NCBI GenBank assembly: GCA_010093815.1
Contig: ML996578.1
Source: Pseudovirgaria hyperparasitica
Taxonomy: Eukaryota
DNA length: 64,000 nt
Strand: one strand, 5' to 3'
In this document: positions 11,616 through 23,379 of the stretch, piece by piece
How the letters are laid out: each line of letters begins with the position of its first letter
Position numbering within the stretch: position 1 is the stretch's first letter
The notes under the pieces: generated by a model
Database searches by the model: none
The model's input: the letters and a program-made list of their open reading frames with translations, nothing else
What the model was told of the DNA's origin: nothing
Program-made: the position numbers and the translations under genes

Positions 11616-14346
11616 ATGTTGTATTCAATAGCCCTACTTTGTTTGTTTTTAGTCAAGTCGGCTTTATCATTGGGCCTGGTCATTGATCGCAGCGGCTGGA
11701 CAGTCTCTGCAGACAGTTCGCATGCCGGAAATGGGCCTGAGAATGCTATAGACGGGTAAGTTTAGCACTCTGGTTATATCATTTAATAATGGGGACAGTA
11801 ACCCAAACACAATATGGCATTCGAATTACGTGGCCGGCCAGCCGGATGCTCCTTTACCACACAGATTTACCATTGATATGCAGAATGTCTATCTCGTCAA
11901 CGGGATAAGTTACGTACCGCGACAGGATAGTTCCAATAATGGCAACATTGGACAGCATATCATCGAAGTCAGCAACGATGGCAGCAACTGGAATACCCCT
12001 GTCGCCCTTGGGACTTGGAGGAATATGAAAGACACAAAGTATACAACTTTTCTCGGACGCCCAGCAGGCTACTTGCGCTTGACTGCTATCACTGAGGCTC
12101 AGAATGTTGGGAACCAATGGGCAAGTATTGCCGAAATCAACGTTCACAGAGTCCCAGATCCGTACTTGGATCGGTCCGGATGGCGAGTGTCTGCTGATAG
12201 CGAAGAGACCATTGCGCATCAATGTCAAGCTGATAAGGCGACGGATCTAGACTTGCATACTTGGTGGCACACCCAATATACAACGAGGGCTCCTGCGCAT
12301 CCGCATTTCTTCACCATCGATCAGGGTGCTGCAACTACGGTCAGCGGTCTCAGCTACGGTCCACGCAGGATAGAGGTCGAGGATAACTCTCCTGAGAATG
12401 GCAGGATCGGGCAATACCGTATCGAGACGAGTAACGACAACCAGAATTGGAATCAGGTTGCGGAGGGTAGTTGGCCTGATGACTACGTCGAGAAGGCGGC
12501 AACTTTTCAGCCCGTGACTGCGCGATATGTCCGTCTTACTGCATTGTCCGAAGCTGGAAATCGGGGGCCCTGGACCAGTGCCGGAGAGATCAACTTGATG
12601 AATGGCGACAGTCTTGACGTATACGAGGCTCCCGACCCAACCAAAGGCTTGTGGACTCACACTGTTGATTTTCCATTGGTCCCAGCTGCAGGGGGTAACC
12701 TGTATGATAGTGGTGAAATCATGATCTGGAGCGCATTCAGCCAAGACCAATTCGTTGGAGATACCCATGGCCGAACGCAAGTTGCCATTTGGAATCCTAC
12801 GGTACGTCACACCCACAGCATTACGAAACTTTAGCTTTATTGATACATGGTGGTAGAATGACGAGATGACTCAAGAAGATGTTGCAAACACTGACCATGA
12901 CATGTTCTGTCCAGGAACCTCGCTTGACTCAACCGGTCGTATCATCGTCACAGGTGGTAATGACGCTCCGAGAACGTCGATATTTGATCCCGTGTCCAAT
13001 GATTGGCTTCGTGGACAGGACATGAAAATTCCGCGTGGATACCAGTCTCAAACGACATTGTCTGATGGGCGTATATTTGAAATGGGTGGTTCATGGAGTG
13101 GTAATGCGAATACCCATAAGGATGGAGAAGTGTATGATACTAGTAAGCCAGCCAGTGCACATAGTCCATCAACAGCACAACTGACCTGCTCGAAGCCAGC
13201 AATACATGGACACGGCTCCCTGGATGCCCTACCGAGCCCATGTGGACTCAAGATCAGGGAGGGGTTGTTCGAGCTGACAATCACGCCTGGCTGTTTGCTT
13301 ATAGCAACACATCTATACTTCAAGCTGGACCGTCTAAGAACATGCATTGGTACAACGCCCAAGGCACTGGGTCAATCGTCGACGCTGGGACCCGTGCTGA
13401 CGATGTCGATTCTATGAATGGGATAGCTGTGATGTACGATGCGCCTAGGGGACAGATTCTCACTGTAGGCGGAGCAGTCAACTATGAGGCCACCGAAGCA
13501 CATAACAATGCCCACCTCATCCAAATCAACGGAATCGATCAAAATCCTAACGTACAAACAATCAACCCCATGGCTTTTCGTAGAGGATTTGCAACAGGCG
13601 TCGCTCTCCCTGACGGCAGCATTCTAATCACCGGAGGCCAGTCCTATCTCAACCCATTTACCGACAGCTTCTCCATCCTCACCCCTGAACTCTGGGACCC
13701 GCGAGACAACTCATTCACGACCCTCAACCCCATGGCTATCCCTCGAACATACCATTCCATCAGCCTCCTGCTCCCAGACGCCACCGTCCTCAACGCCGGC
13801 GGCGGTCTCTGCGGTTCGTGCGCCACCAACCACTTCGACGGCGAGATTTTCGTCCCGCCGTACCTGCTCCAAGCCAACGGCACCGCCCGGCTCCGGCCCG
13901 TAATCTCCTCTCTCAGCGCATCAACAATCCCATGCGGCGCAGCCCTTACCATATCCGCCTCCGTGCCCTTCTCCACCATCGCCCTTATGCGCCTCAGCAC
14001 ATCAACCCACACCGTCAATACCGACCAGCGTCGTATCCCCTTCGTCATGTCCGCCGCAGCCACCACCCAAACTATCACTATCCCCGCGGATCCGGGCGTC
14101 GCTCTCCCCGGCTACTATTTCCTGTTCGTCCTCGACGCGGCTGGAACTCCGAGTGTAGCGCGCACGGTGCTGATCACGCAGCCTGAGGCGCCGCGCGATA
14201 GGCAGGGCTCTGTGCCGTTGGAGACGCTGCATACCGTGCCGCAGCCAAGGCCGGACAGTAATGTGTTGGATGTGCTGGGTGTACCGGATTTATTGAGTGG
14301 TTTACCGGATGGAATCGGGTCGCTTCTGGCGCGGTTGCGGCGTTGA
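11616..14346 (+). CDS. Secreted copper radical oxidase AA5_2 (galactose-oxidase type) with two N-terminal CBM32/F5-8 domains; introns 11756-11798, 12802-12856, 13143-13195
   Basis: Signal peptide MLYSIALLCLFLVKSALS; repeats IDRSGWTVSADS and LDRSGWRVSADS; HDMFCPG (cross-link Cys), RGYQS (Tyr), GGSWSG, RTYHS, GGGLCG and THTVN copper-ligand motifs. Confidence 0.93.
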
Positions 14347-14641
14347 TGGACAAGGGGAAGCAAGGGATGATTAGATGTTGATAAGTGTGCATTGCATGAA
14401 TGAGCTTGGATAGAAAGTTCTCCTATGCAATGTAGAGTTGTAGACATTAGAGTCTCGGAGAGGTCATGATTAGAATCCGTAGAGAGGTGCCTGTACAGGA
14501 TAGGCGTGGTGGCTATATAGCTACGTAATTTGAAAGAAAAGCGAAATCATACCTCTCAAACAAGTAACCATTACAAAGTCTCGCCATCCCAAAAAGCAAT
14601 TTCATGCATTTGTATACCTGTCTCATCTAATCCGTTACCCA

Positions 14642-15409
14642 CTACGTTTCTGCCATCCCCTTCTCCCTTACTAAGTATTCAACTAGAAAACGAAGCAAGA
14701 CACCGCTAGATGAATAAGCCCCTATACCTGGCGTCTCAGATTCTCCTGATCTGAACCACAACGGGATATTAACATAGCATATATCTTGATTCTCTGCTAA
14801 GATATGGCGTTCATTGTGATTCGCAAGTAACAACGCTTTAAAATTCACATAGATCAAGCTTACGATACTAGTTTCATAGATAGTTCTGTGGTGAATCCAC
14901 TGGCTCAGATAATAAGAGAAGCAAATCTGACGGTGCACCAAATCCTTGCAGATTAATCGACGTGCGTCGTTGTCCTTAATCAGGTGTACACGAACCATAA
15001 CGTTCCCTAGTTCTAAGATCTTAAGCATCACTTTCAGCAACGTACGTTAGGGTTGCTCTTTGATATACTGCGTTGACTCGTGGTAGATATATTTTGTGGA
15101 GAAGTATGTGTTTGTTATTTTAAAGTGATACGTGTGGTAAGCGAATTCATACGTCATGCTAAGAAGCATCAAGATGTATCTATCACGAAGGCAGTATATA
15201 ACACTCGTACTTGCGAAGAGTTACACGAGAAAGCTTTAGCAGAGTTTAGAAGGATGATGGTCTATTGGGTAGCTGAACTTACTACTCCCAGGGACAGAAA
15301 CTAGTAAACGAAGAAATTTTGGTTAGTGGATCTAGTAGAGCGCTTCAACGATTGAAATGTTCAGGTGATTATCGATTTTTAGTTACTCTACCACTCACGA
15401 TACTAACAT
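14642..15409 (-). pseudogene. RIP-like inactivated ORF (~255 codons, 7 in-frame stops), product unknown
   Basis: A single frame from ATG ~15409 to stop 14642 is interrupted only by TAA/TAG/TGA codons convertible from CAA/CAG/CGA. The region is TpA-rich. Confidence 0.55.
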
Positions 15410-15955
15410 AATATAAGAATGTATTCTCGTTAATCTCCTCGCCGCAATGAACAGGGTTTTCCTACGGGGCCTTCTACTGTAGGTCGCAGCCTCTAAGTGG
15501 TAGTGCGGTTAGAATATAGATCAGTTTAGAGTGATGGATGCCTAGCCGGGTAGTTGAGCTTTGAGTCACGCGCTGGTAAAATGCCAAGGGAAAGGGGCGC
15601 AGTCTGCGTTTAAAGACTCGATGATTCACAGCTATCAAGCTATTAGACTCGCCGGGTAAGAACCTGCCTCTCTATTAACTTTACTATCATAGAGGTCTAC
15701 GAGGACGAAGGAATCCAAAACTCGATTCTAGCCCGAACAAACTTATCCACACCAACATGTTAGTATATTAGAAATTAACTCTGTATTGCATGTAATAATT
15801 AAATATAAAGGTGCGTATTTCATACAACTATTAGGGTTACACCTGGCGCAAGGGCTCCCAACGGATATCGAGTACAGAGACAAAGAGAGAAGAAGGACTG
15901 CGAAAAACGGGATTGTAGAAATTCCGATAGCTACGTACCACCAACAAACCCCTCG

Positions 15956-16161
15956 CCCAATGCCTCTTCCTAGGCAGACGACACGCGAGATGGCTTAAAG
16001 AGGGTTATTTGGAAGCGAATAGATCAGACATATTGTCACGTTCTTACCCAGTGCCTCTTCCTAGGCAAATAATACGCGAGATGGCTGAAGAGGGCTTAAG
16101 ATGGCTGAGGGAGGTTCATTTGGAAGCGGACAGATTCGACATATTGTCATATTCTCTACCC
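15956..16161. repeat. Degenerate tandem direct repeat (two copies, ~92 and ~115 bp)
   Basis: CCCARTGCCTCTTCCTAGGCA...CGCGAGATGGCT...ATTTGGAAGCGRAYAGAT..GACATATTGTCA occurs at ~15956 and again at ~16047. Confidence 0.85.
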
Positions 16162-16173
16162 TATCCTTATGTC

Positions 16174-16974
16174 TTATGCAGCTCTCACAAGATTCTCCAT
16201 CCATTGCTGGATCTTTTCCAACGCAATTTGATCGTGCTTTTGCGCCGAAATCGTAAATTCTTCATCAATCCATCCTGGCGTGCCCGCTGTAATAAGTTCA
16301 TTCCCGAATGGCTGACAAGAGCCGTAATCAATAATGATAGGATCGTCGCGTTCATCAATCATAATATTCATTGGTGTAAGATCGTTATGCGCTCGTCCGA
16401 GTGAGTGAAGGTGGTAGATTGCGGACCTTATTTTATGTATACAGTTTTCAACGTTAAAGTGCTGAGTATTCTTCTCTAATCGGTGTTGGAGTGTATCCGG
16501 GAGGCGATCCAGGACTAGGCCAACGATACGACCACGTTTGATTAAACAACCATGATATCGTATAATATTTGGATGTGGGTTTTGTAGGAGTAGCTCCATT
16601 GTTTCAGCTTCCTGTAACATAAGTTTTGGTAATAGACCTGTACCTAAGAAGTCTAGGTGTAGTTTTGGCCTTTTAAGGAAGAGCGTCTCGTTGATCGGAG
16701 TCGGAGATAAGGCTACTGTAATATTTGAAGGAGCCATAGGGTACACATCCTCGTCTGGAAGACGTTGTAAACTTTCTCTAATGATTTCCTGGTTCAAATC
16801 GCGTTTTCGAGAATTAGATCGGCCAAAGTAGGCAATGAACTCATTGGAAAAGTAGCCAAAAGATGAATAGAGAAAGACTGGATTACCATCCTCATCATCT
16901 TCCTCAGAGAATGCTTCGTAGCGGGGGGAAAGGTCCCGAGCCGAATATAAAGGTAGCTTTTCGGTAATCATCAT
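16174..16974 (-). CDS. Intronless fungal protein kinase-like protein (266 aa)
   Basis: LFLKRP (beta3 Lys), LQEAETM (alphaC Glu), PHPNIIRYHGC, HNDLTPMNIM catalytic loop, IIDYGS, GTPGW. Confidence 0.85.
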   Translation of the reverse strand: MMITEKLPLYSARDLSPRYEAFSEEDDEDGNPVFLYSSFGYFSNEFIAYFGRSNSRKRDLNQEIIRESLQRLPDEDVYPMAPSNITVALSPTPINETLFLKRPKLHLDFLGTGLLPKLMLQEAETMELLLQNPHPNIIRYHGCLIKRGRIVGLVLDRLPDTLQHRLEKNTQHFNVENCIHKIRSAIYHLHSLGRAHNDLTPMNIMIDERDDPIIIDYGSCQPFGNELITAGTPGWIDEEFTISAQKHDQIALEKIQQWMENLVRAA

Positions 16975-19136
16975 TTGAAACTACTCTGATATCGGAGCGA
17001 GGACGTAAAATGGTTGTCAAAGTAGCACTTCTGGTATCACCCCGCGCCTTGGATGATTCGCGGAAGATTGTTTTGCCGAATCCGACTACGTTTACGGAAG
17101 GTGTACTCTATCTGGATGAACGACTATATCGAGCACCCCCATATATATATATAGGCGTGTGTATTCTAAGTACTGCGCTATATTCACTCCCGGGGCTATT
17201 ATGAAACGGATGGTTACTGAAAAGTCGGCCATCTCGTGATCAAGACACATAACATTGCATCTAACAAATATATTTAGACCTTATATAGCGACGAGTATAT
17301 AATAAAATACTAGAATATGTCCGTCTTACGTAGATTTGGGTGGGGAAGAGATAGCGCGATATTCGAATGGATGCCAAGAGAGTCAAGTTCTAGGCAAACG
17401 ACGAATAGCATATACATCAAACTAGCATACATAGGCATACGACCAACCGTATACTTATAGGAACAATTCAGATAGGGATCTCATGAGCGCTCTTACATAA
17501 TTCGTACTACTATACAATCATATCAATCCTCTAATATACACTTACTAGATTGTGTATAGAACGCTCTACGTAGGTATTTTCAAGCCCCTCAAACGCCCTT
17601 TCTGCTGTATCCAGTACAACCATGCATAAATGTACCCATATCAAGGCCTTCGAGGTTCGACATGAAAGCCCAATGTACGCATTTCTTCCATACCCTGGAA
17701 GACTCATAATGGGTGCCAATTGTTTTTATCAAGCGGTTTGTCTCAACTACCAGATCGAAGGAGCCCAAAGCTACTATCTTTTATGGATTGCCGGATCTTA
17801 GGAGCGTATGATTCTTGCTATCTCCATTAGAGCTTTCGTGGATTGGTGAGATATGATATTGCGTATCGTAGGGAGGAAGGCGACTTATGCGTAGTTTCTT
17901 GAGCATGCTAGTATCATGTCGTTCCTGTTGGCACTAACTGCCTTCGTGCATGGTATCTTGTCTAGGGCGACTATATTGATCTTTCTGATTTCGCTGATAC
18001 GTTAATGGAGAGGCTCTTGAGTAATCCACCTGTCGCTTGTAGCGCATTGAACAAACAATATGTGACGGCGGAGGGGACGATATACTGATAGCCATTAACA
18101 CATCAAGTAGACATGAGCCAGCGTCCGTATAATATAAGTCAGTGCTAGACCATTGTTTGTTCAATGGAATGCTCTTAGAATCTTTGATAGCCGAAGTCCC
18201 CTAGCATTTCATGCCAATTTGCGTGTTTGAACCCGATGGTCGCGGCACCGCTGTGTTGAAGTTCAGGCGCTGTTCTCTAAGGAGACGGTATGACATTGGT
18301 AGGTACAAGTATAGAAGCTCTTCCCTGCAGTGTCATAAGTATCTTGAGAGGTCGCTTGAGGGACTTCAAGGGAAGTTGTTGAAGGAGTCATTTACGATTA
18401 TCGATGGCGAGTCTGTTCGAAAGTACTGATTAGCTTGTAGTCAAAGACAAGATGAAGTTTGGCATGGAAGGACAGAAGATAGCCATACCAGTGGTAATGA
18501 GCGTAATAAATGCTTCAGAATGTGAAGAGTAAAGGCTGGGGGAGATGTACGCGCAAGGAAAGCTACGGCGTATATTCAGCCAAACCATGATTAAACAGTC
18601 TGCTATATCTCGTACATATGGCCATTATATGATTTCCATCAAGCAAGTCCTGTCAAGGCGTTCAAGTTGTTGAATTGTCGGAGGGCGGCGTTGTCTCTCT
18701 TGGTTTCTGCGACAAAGGCGAACAGTGATGAAGGCAGAGACTCGAATGCAAAGGTCCATTACAGGGATAAAATCCATATATGATCTTGACTGCTTAGTCT
18801 CTGGAGCGGCATTCGATGCCACATACTGAAGTCGCTGCGAAATCCCACTGTCGTTAGCTGCGATCTCAGAGTAAACACTTCAGCGTTGTGACTGATCCTG
18901 AGCTTCGCACTTTTGCAGGGTCCTCAGCACGATCGTACTCATCCAGTTGCCTACAACTCTCTGCAAATCCCCTATCTAGCTATATCATCAAAATTGAAAA
19001 TATTCAGGTAACATATACTATCATAGAGTGCATATAGATCTTTATCGTGTGTTTCAAAAGAGAGTATATCTAGAACTAGCTCTGTGAAGTGATTAGTTGC
19101 ATGGTCAGACTCAAAAGAAACTCGTTAGCCTCCTCG

Positions 19137-19147
19137 GGAGTTGAACT
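19137..19147 (-). promoter_or_regulatory. Downstream Pol III B box for U6
   Basis: AGTTCAACTCC on the minus strand, ~17 nt 3' of the U6 terminator, matches GTTCRANYC. Confidence 0.6.
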
Positions 19148-19163
19148 TTGGAGAAAAAATGCC

Positions 19164-19264
19164 AAAAAAATGTGTTACTCTCTTTGATTAAGCGTGTCAT
19201 CCTTAGTGCAGGGGCCATGCTAATCTTCTCTGTAGTGTTTCAAATTGACCAGTTGTCCTAAGAC
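19164..19264 (-). ncRNA. U6: U6 spliceosomal snRNA
   Basis: Reverse complement reads GTCTTAGGACAACTGGTCAATTTGAAACACTACAGAGAAGATTAGCATGGCCCCTGCACTAAGGATGACACGC...TTTTTTT, giving the ACAGAGA box, AGC triad, ISL and a T7 terminator. Confidence 0.96.
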
Positions 19265-22032
19265 AAAGAATGTTCTACTAACATAACTAATATTGCGCTG
19301 AAATTAATCTGAGAGGGGGGGGGCTTGGTGCCTCACAAGGGTTTTCGAATCGTGAATGGACCGTGCCCCTGAAAGAAGTACACAGCGCTTCTTGTTTCCA
19401 ATTCGATGACGCAATATTCCTTCACTAAATACACACTATGTTTGCAAATTACCATGCAATGTTTCTTTATCTTGCGCTCATAGCATACGAAACGGAGATC
19501 CTAGGCTCCTATGTCGGCTATTCCTTTGATATTCTCCAAGGTGCCTGCAACTTCCCAGCGGATACAAAAATACAGTCTCCAATACTACTAATATCGGGGC
19601 TAAAGTTAACCCTAGATGCTACAATTATATGGTTACAGCCCATCATGACGGACAGTAACACTGTCGACTTCCACCTACTCACACAAAATCTCATCTTCGT
19701 ACGTGGTAATATTCAGCATGAAGCGAAGGAAAGGCTTTGTTCCGGCAACATAGCTCATGGACTGCTTCTTACACTTATACAAGCCCAGAGAGGGCATCGA
19801 GTTGCACATACATAATTCTAAGCGCTCCTTTCGATCGCTGATATTGGATGATGTCTCAATAAGTCATACTTGGAACACAACACTGACATAGCATTTCTCG
19901 AAGATGAATCTTCATGGTCCAGAAGGCTCTTTCTATATTCATATTCAGAGTTCCTATGTAAAAGGGTCTCATTTTTCGAGTAAGCATTCGTTTCATGCTG
20001 GACACTCACGGCAACAAAGATTTTCATACAGATACATGAACTACTCGAAAACCTGCTCACGAACCTCCTTCCCCTCTTGAACCAAATTTCCAATACTATC
20101 GAGAGAAATGACGACACCATAGTCGACACATAACTCCAACCTTGCAGGCACAGAAATGGGAACAAGAGCTGAGAGAAACTCCCAAATCTATGGACCTACA
20201 GCTTATAGACTGGGATTCTTGATCGCAATATATAAGCACTGAGTACACAAAATTCTCTTGGTGAGATCAACAAATTGTCGAAACTAAGGGTCAAGAAGTC
20301 GAATATGAGAAGCTTATAGGCTTATTTTCGTACAGCCAGCACCGCCTTAATCAAGCCATGCAATGTACTTTATTACTGATTCATATGAATCAAAGGTTTA
20401 GGAGATGCCTTGCTAATATATGTAATCTACAGATTGACAGATAAGAACCCGATGCCATACGTGAGCCTAGACCTACTGGAGAACAATATGAAACGAGTAG
20501 TAAAGAAGAGGTGGAAGTCGCGATACATTTGGGGCTCTGACCATTGCTCGAGCTAGTTTGTAATGACAAAGAACTATACACATGCAAAAGCTCTGCGGAC
20601 ATTTTTGAGAGCACCTATATGTAGAAAAGTAAGGTATCGTACATATAGAGACTGAGATAGAGCTTATAATGTGACCACACTGTTGCCATACAATCGAGGA
20701 ACTGGAGGGCAGGTTTATAGGCACTACCTCACGAATACACCCTTGGTGTCACACAGTCCTGTCAGATCCGAGCACCTCTCAAACGATCGACTATCGGTAT
20801 CATTCACGGTCCAATAGTGCCACGCTATGGTCTCTTTGCGATTTGGTATGATTCTATCTTGGACAATGGACATTATGTACATGGAAAGTTTCAGAAGTAA
20901 TAAGAAATCATGACCTTCAGCGGTTTGACTAAGACGTGGGTATAACAAAGCATTTATGGTGATTTAGAATGGCTCATGAACGTCACCGGGTTCTTAAGAT
21001 CATATAATGGCAATAGTATTGGTGAACATTGTTGTTTTACGATTTCTGCCACCAACATATATTCAGAAATTCATGTATTCGTTGCCTGAATGCTTACAGC
21101 GAAACTCAATGATGGAACAAGATGTCGTTCCTTCTTTTCATACCTTACTAAACTTCTTTGCCTGGTATCGATTCCGAAATTACTTTGTGAGAAAGCACAT
21201 TGCCGTTTGGTCGCTTGGAACAGGTCGTCAAAGCTGCCTTTGTTCTTCCGCATCACCTGTGCCTTTTACCCACCTCATATCCAAACAACTACCACAAAAT
21301 CAACTACAGCACCGCTTGAAAAGATGATATAAACGCTCCTCGACATACCAACAGTGAGTCTCTCTTGTGATTCATCGTCAAGCTCATTGTAGAAACCACA
21401 ACTTTGTCCCCTTTCCTCTTACCAAAGCCCTTCAATGCTTCCAATAAACAGCCAGAGTCTTCCTTGCTGACGACTTTCCATAGGAGTCAAAGTCTGCCCG
21501 AAAAGACTGGAAATTAGAGAACTACGGTTCATAACACGCAAAGAACACCTTGACACTAGGAAAACTTGCAAACTCCATTATCCCTTCCTGAACAGTTTCT
21601 TCAGACATTTCATCCCAGATAGACGTCATACAGCAGGGCTCAACTATCGCCAGGTCAATACTCGGACATTACCAAATCTACACAGCAACAGTTTTCGGAG
21701 TCTCTCAATGTGTCTGATCCAAGAGAAGGCTGCTGTATGAATCTATGCACTGATGGCTTGCAGAAATGATGATGGGCATAATCCCAGTCTCATTATACCC
21801 TGGTTTCTCCCGTAGGCAAAGCGACCGAATGAACTTGAGAACCGGCTACGATTCAACAACATATGCAATGGACAATCTATTACATGCTGCTTCTGTGGTG
21901 AAAAATGGCAAGAGATTGGGTCCCCAGAGCTCGAGGAAATGGATACTAGCACAAGAGTCATGTTCAAGCTTATACTTTCCGCTACAGTAAATACTGATCT
22001 TCGCCGCTGAGGAGACAGAAACCATGACCTAC

Positions 22033-23379
22033 CTAGACCGCTCCCTTTATCCCAACATCGCTAGTATCAGCCAACGCCGCTCTTCTGCTCTTCGACTCGG
22101 CACAGAAATATGGCATCTCACCCAATGAGCAAACCCTGTCCCCAGTACGCACTTCGTCATAATCGTACGTCGCGCAATGGAACGTCGATCGATTGTCCCA
22201 CAACGCAACATCATTGACGCCCCATGTATATCTTACCTGTAAGTCGTGGTTCTGCGTCACCAGCTGCAGACACATCAGCACATACTTACTAATAACCTAG
22301 AGAGACACAAGGTACAAGTTGAAAGAGCCAGCCAGACGCACCTCAAACAGATACTTCAACAACAAATCACTCTCATCCCTCGTCACTCCCTCCACCCTCG
22401 TCGTAAAGCCCCGATTGACATACACACTCCTCCACCCGGTGACCGGATTCGTCCGCACCACGGGATGCACGGCACTCAGCGCCCCCCCTCGATTCGCCGG
22501 ACTGCCCCTCTCTGAGTCCCACACCGCGATCCCCAGCCGCCGTGCCTCATCCCTCAACCAACCTCCATCATGCCTTGCCCTCAACGGCCCGCCATCAGCA
22601 CCCCCTTGCTCAAACATCAGCCGCATCGGTGCGGACAGCCGGTCATACACATCATAGCCAGATGCCCATAGCGTATCGCCGCCGGTGGGCGGCAGCGTAT
22701 GCATGCGCAGCATGGCGTAGTCGGACGGCACGGGCTCGAAGCTAATGTCGGAATGCCAGCCCGCGGAGGCAAGACGGGTTGTGTCGGAGAGCTGGTGCGT
22801 GAGGCCGCCGCCGCGTTTCTGCTTCTCGGAGGAGATGGTGCCGATATCGTGGGATGTGGAGTTTGGGGCTGGGGGCTCGGTGAGAGGATGAGTGTGGAGG
22901 GAGGAGGATTCTGGCTACGGCGGGACTGTTAGATTGGGGGCTGTGGAGATATGAGTGGGTGAAGGGGAGGATGTACGCAGCCAGCGAGGATGCTGAGATG
23001 AGTGACGAATGCTTTCATCTGTGTGGGTGTGATATATTGGTTTCGGAAGAAGACGACGCCACGTTCGGATACTGTCTCGGATCAGCTTCTGGTAGGGAAG
23101 GGAGTTTTCTCAGGCCACGTGATGCGCACCGGTGACGGCAATGTCTTGGATGATTTCATCTCGATTGGAGGCATTCAAGACATCAAGCAGACTGAGTTCA
23201 TGAAACTCGCGTCCGATTGCAGGGGTCAAGTCTGTGAATCGTGCCTTCAGAGCGCCGGTAAGGCGAAGAGGTGTCTTGAGACGGTTGTGGGTCGCTACAT
23301 CGTTATGCGCCCATTTGGTAGGGCCGTCGATTCGTTTTCGACTATCTGTGTATGTTTGCGCTTCTAGTGGAATAGGCAT
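22033..23379 (-). CDS. TauD/TfdA-family 2-oxoglutarate/Fe(II) dioxygenase (3 introns)
   Basis: DLTPAIGREF, VSERGVVFFRNQ, GWHSDISFE (HxD), GGDTLWAS, HPVVRTNPVTGW, WDNRSTFH and RTGDR. The exons splice in frame. Confidence 0.92.

Noticed and set aside
14500..21990. Starship or other intact mobile element
   Set aside because: No DUF3435 recombinase, transposase, RT, TIRs, LTRs or target-site duplication could be identified.
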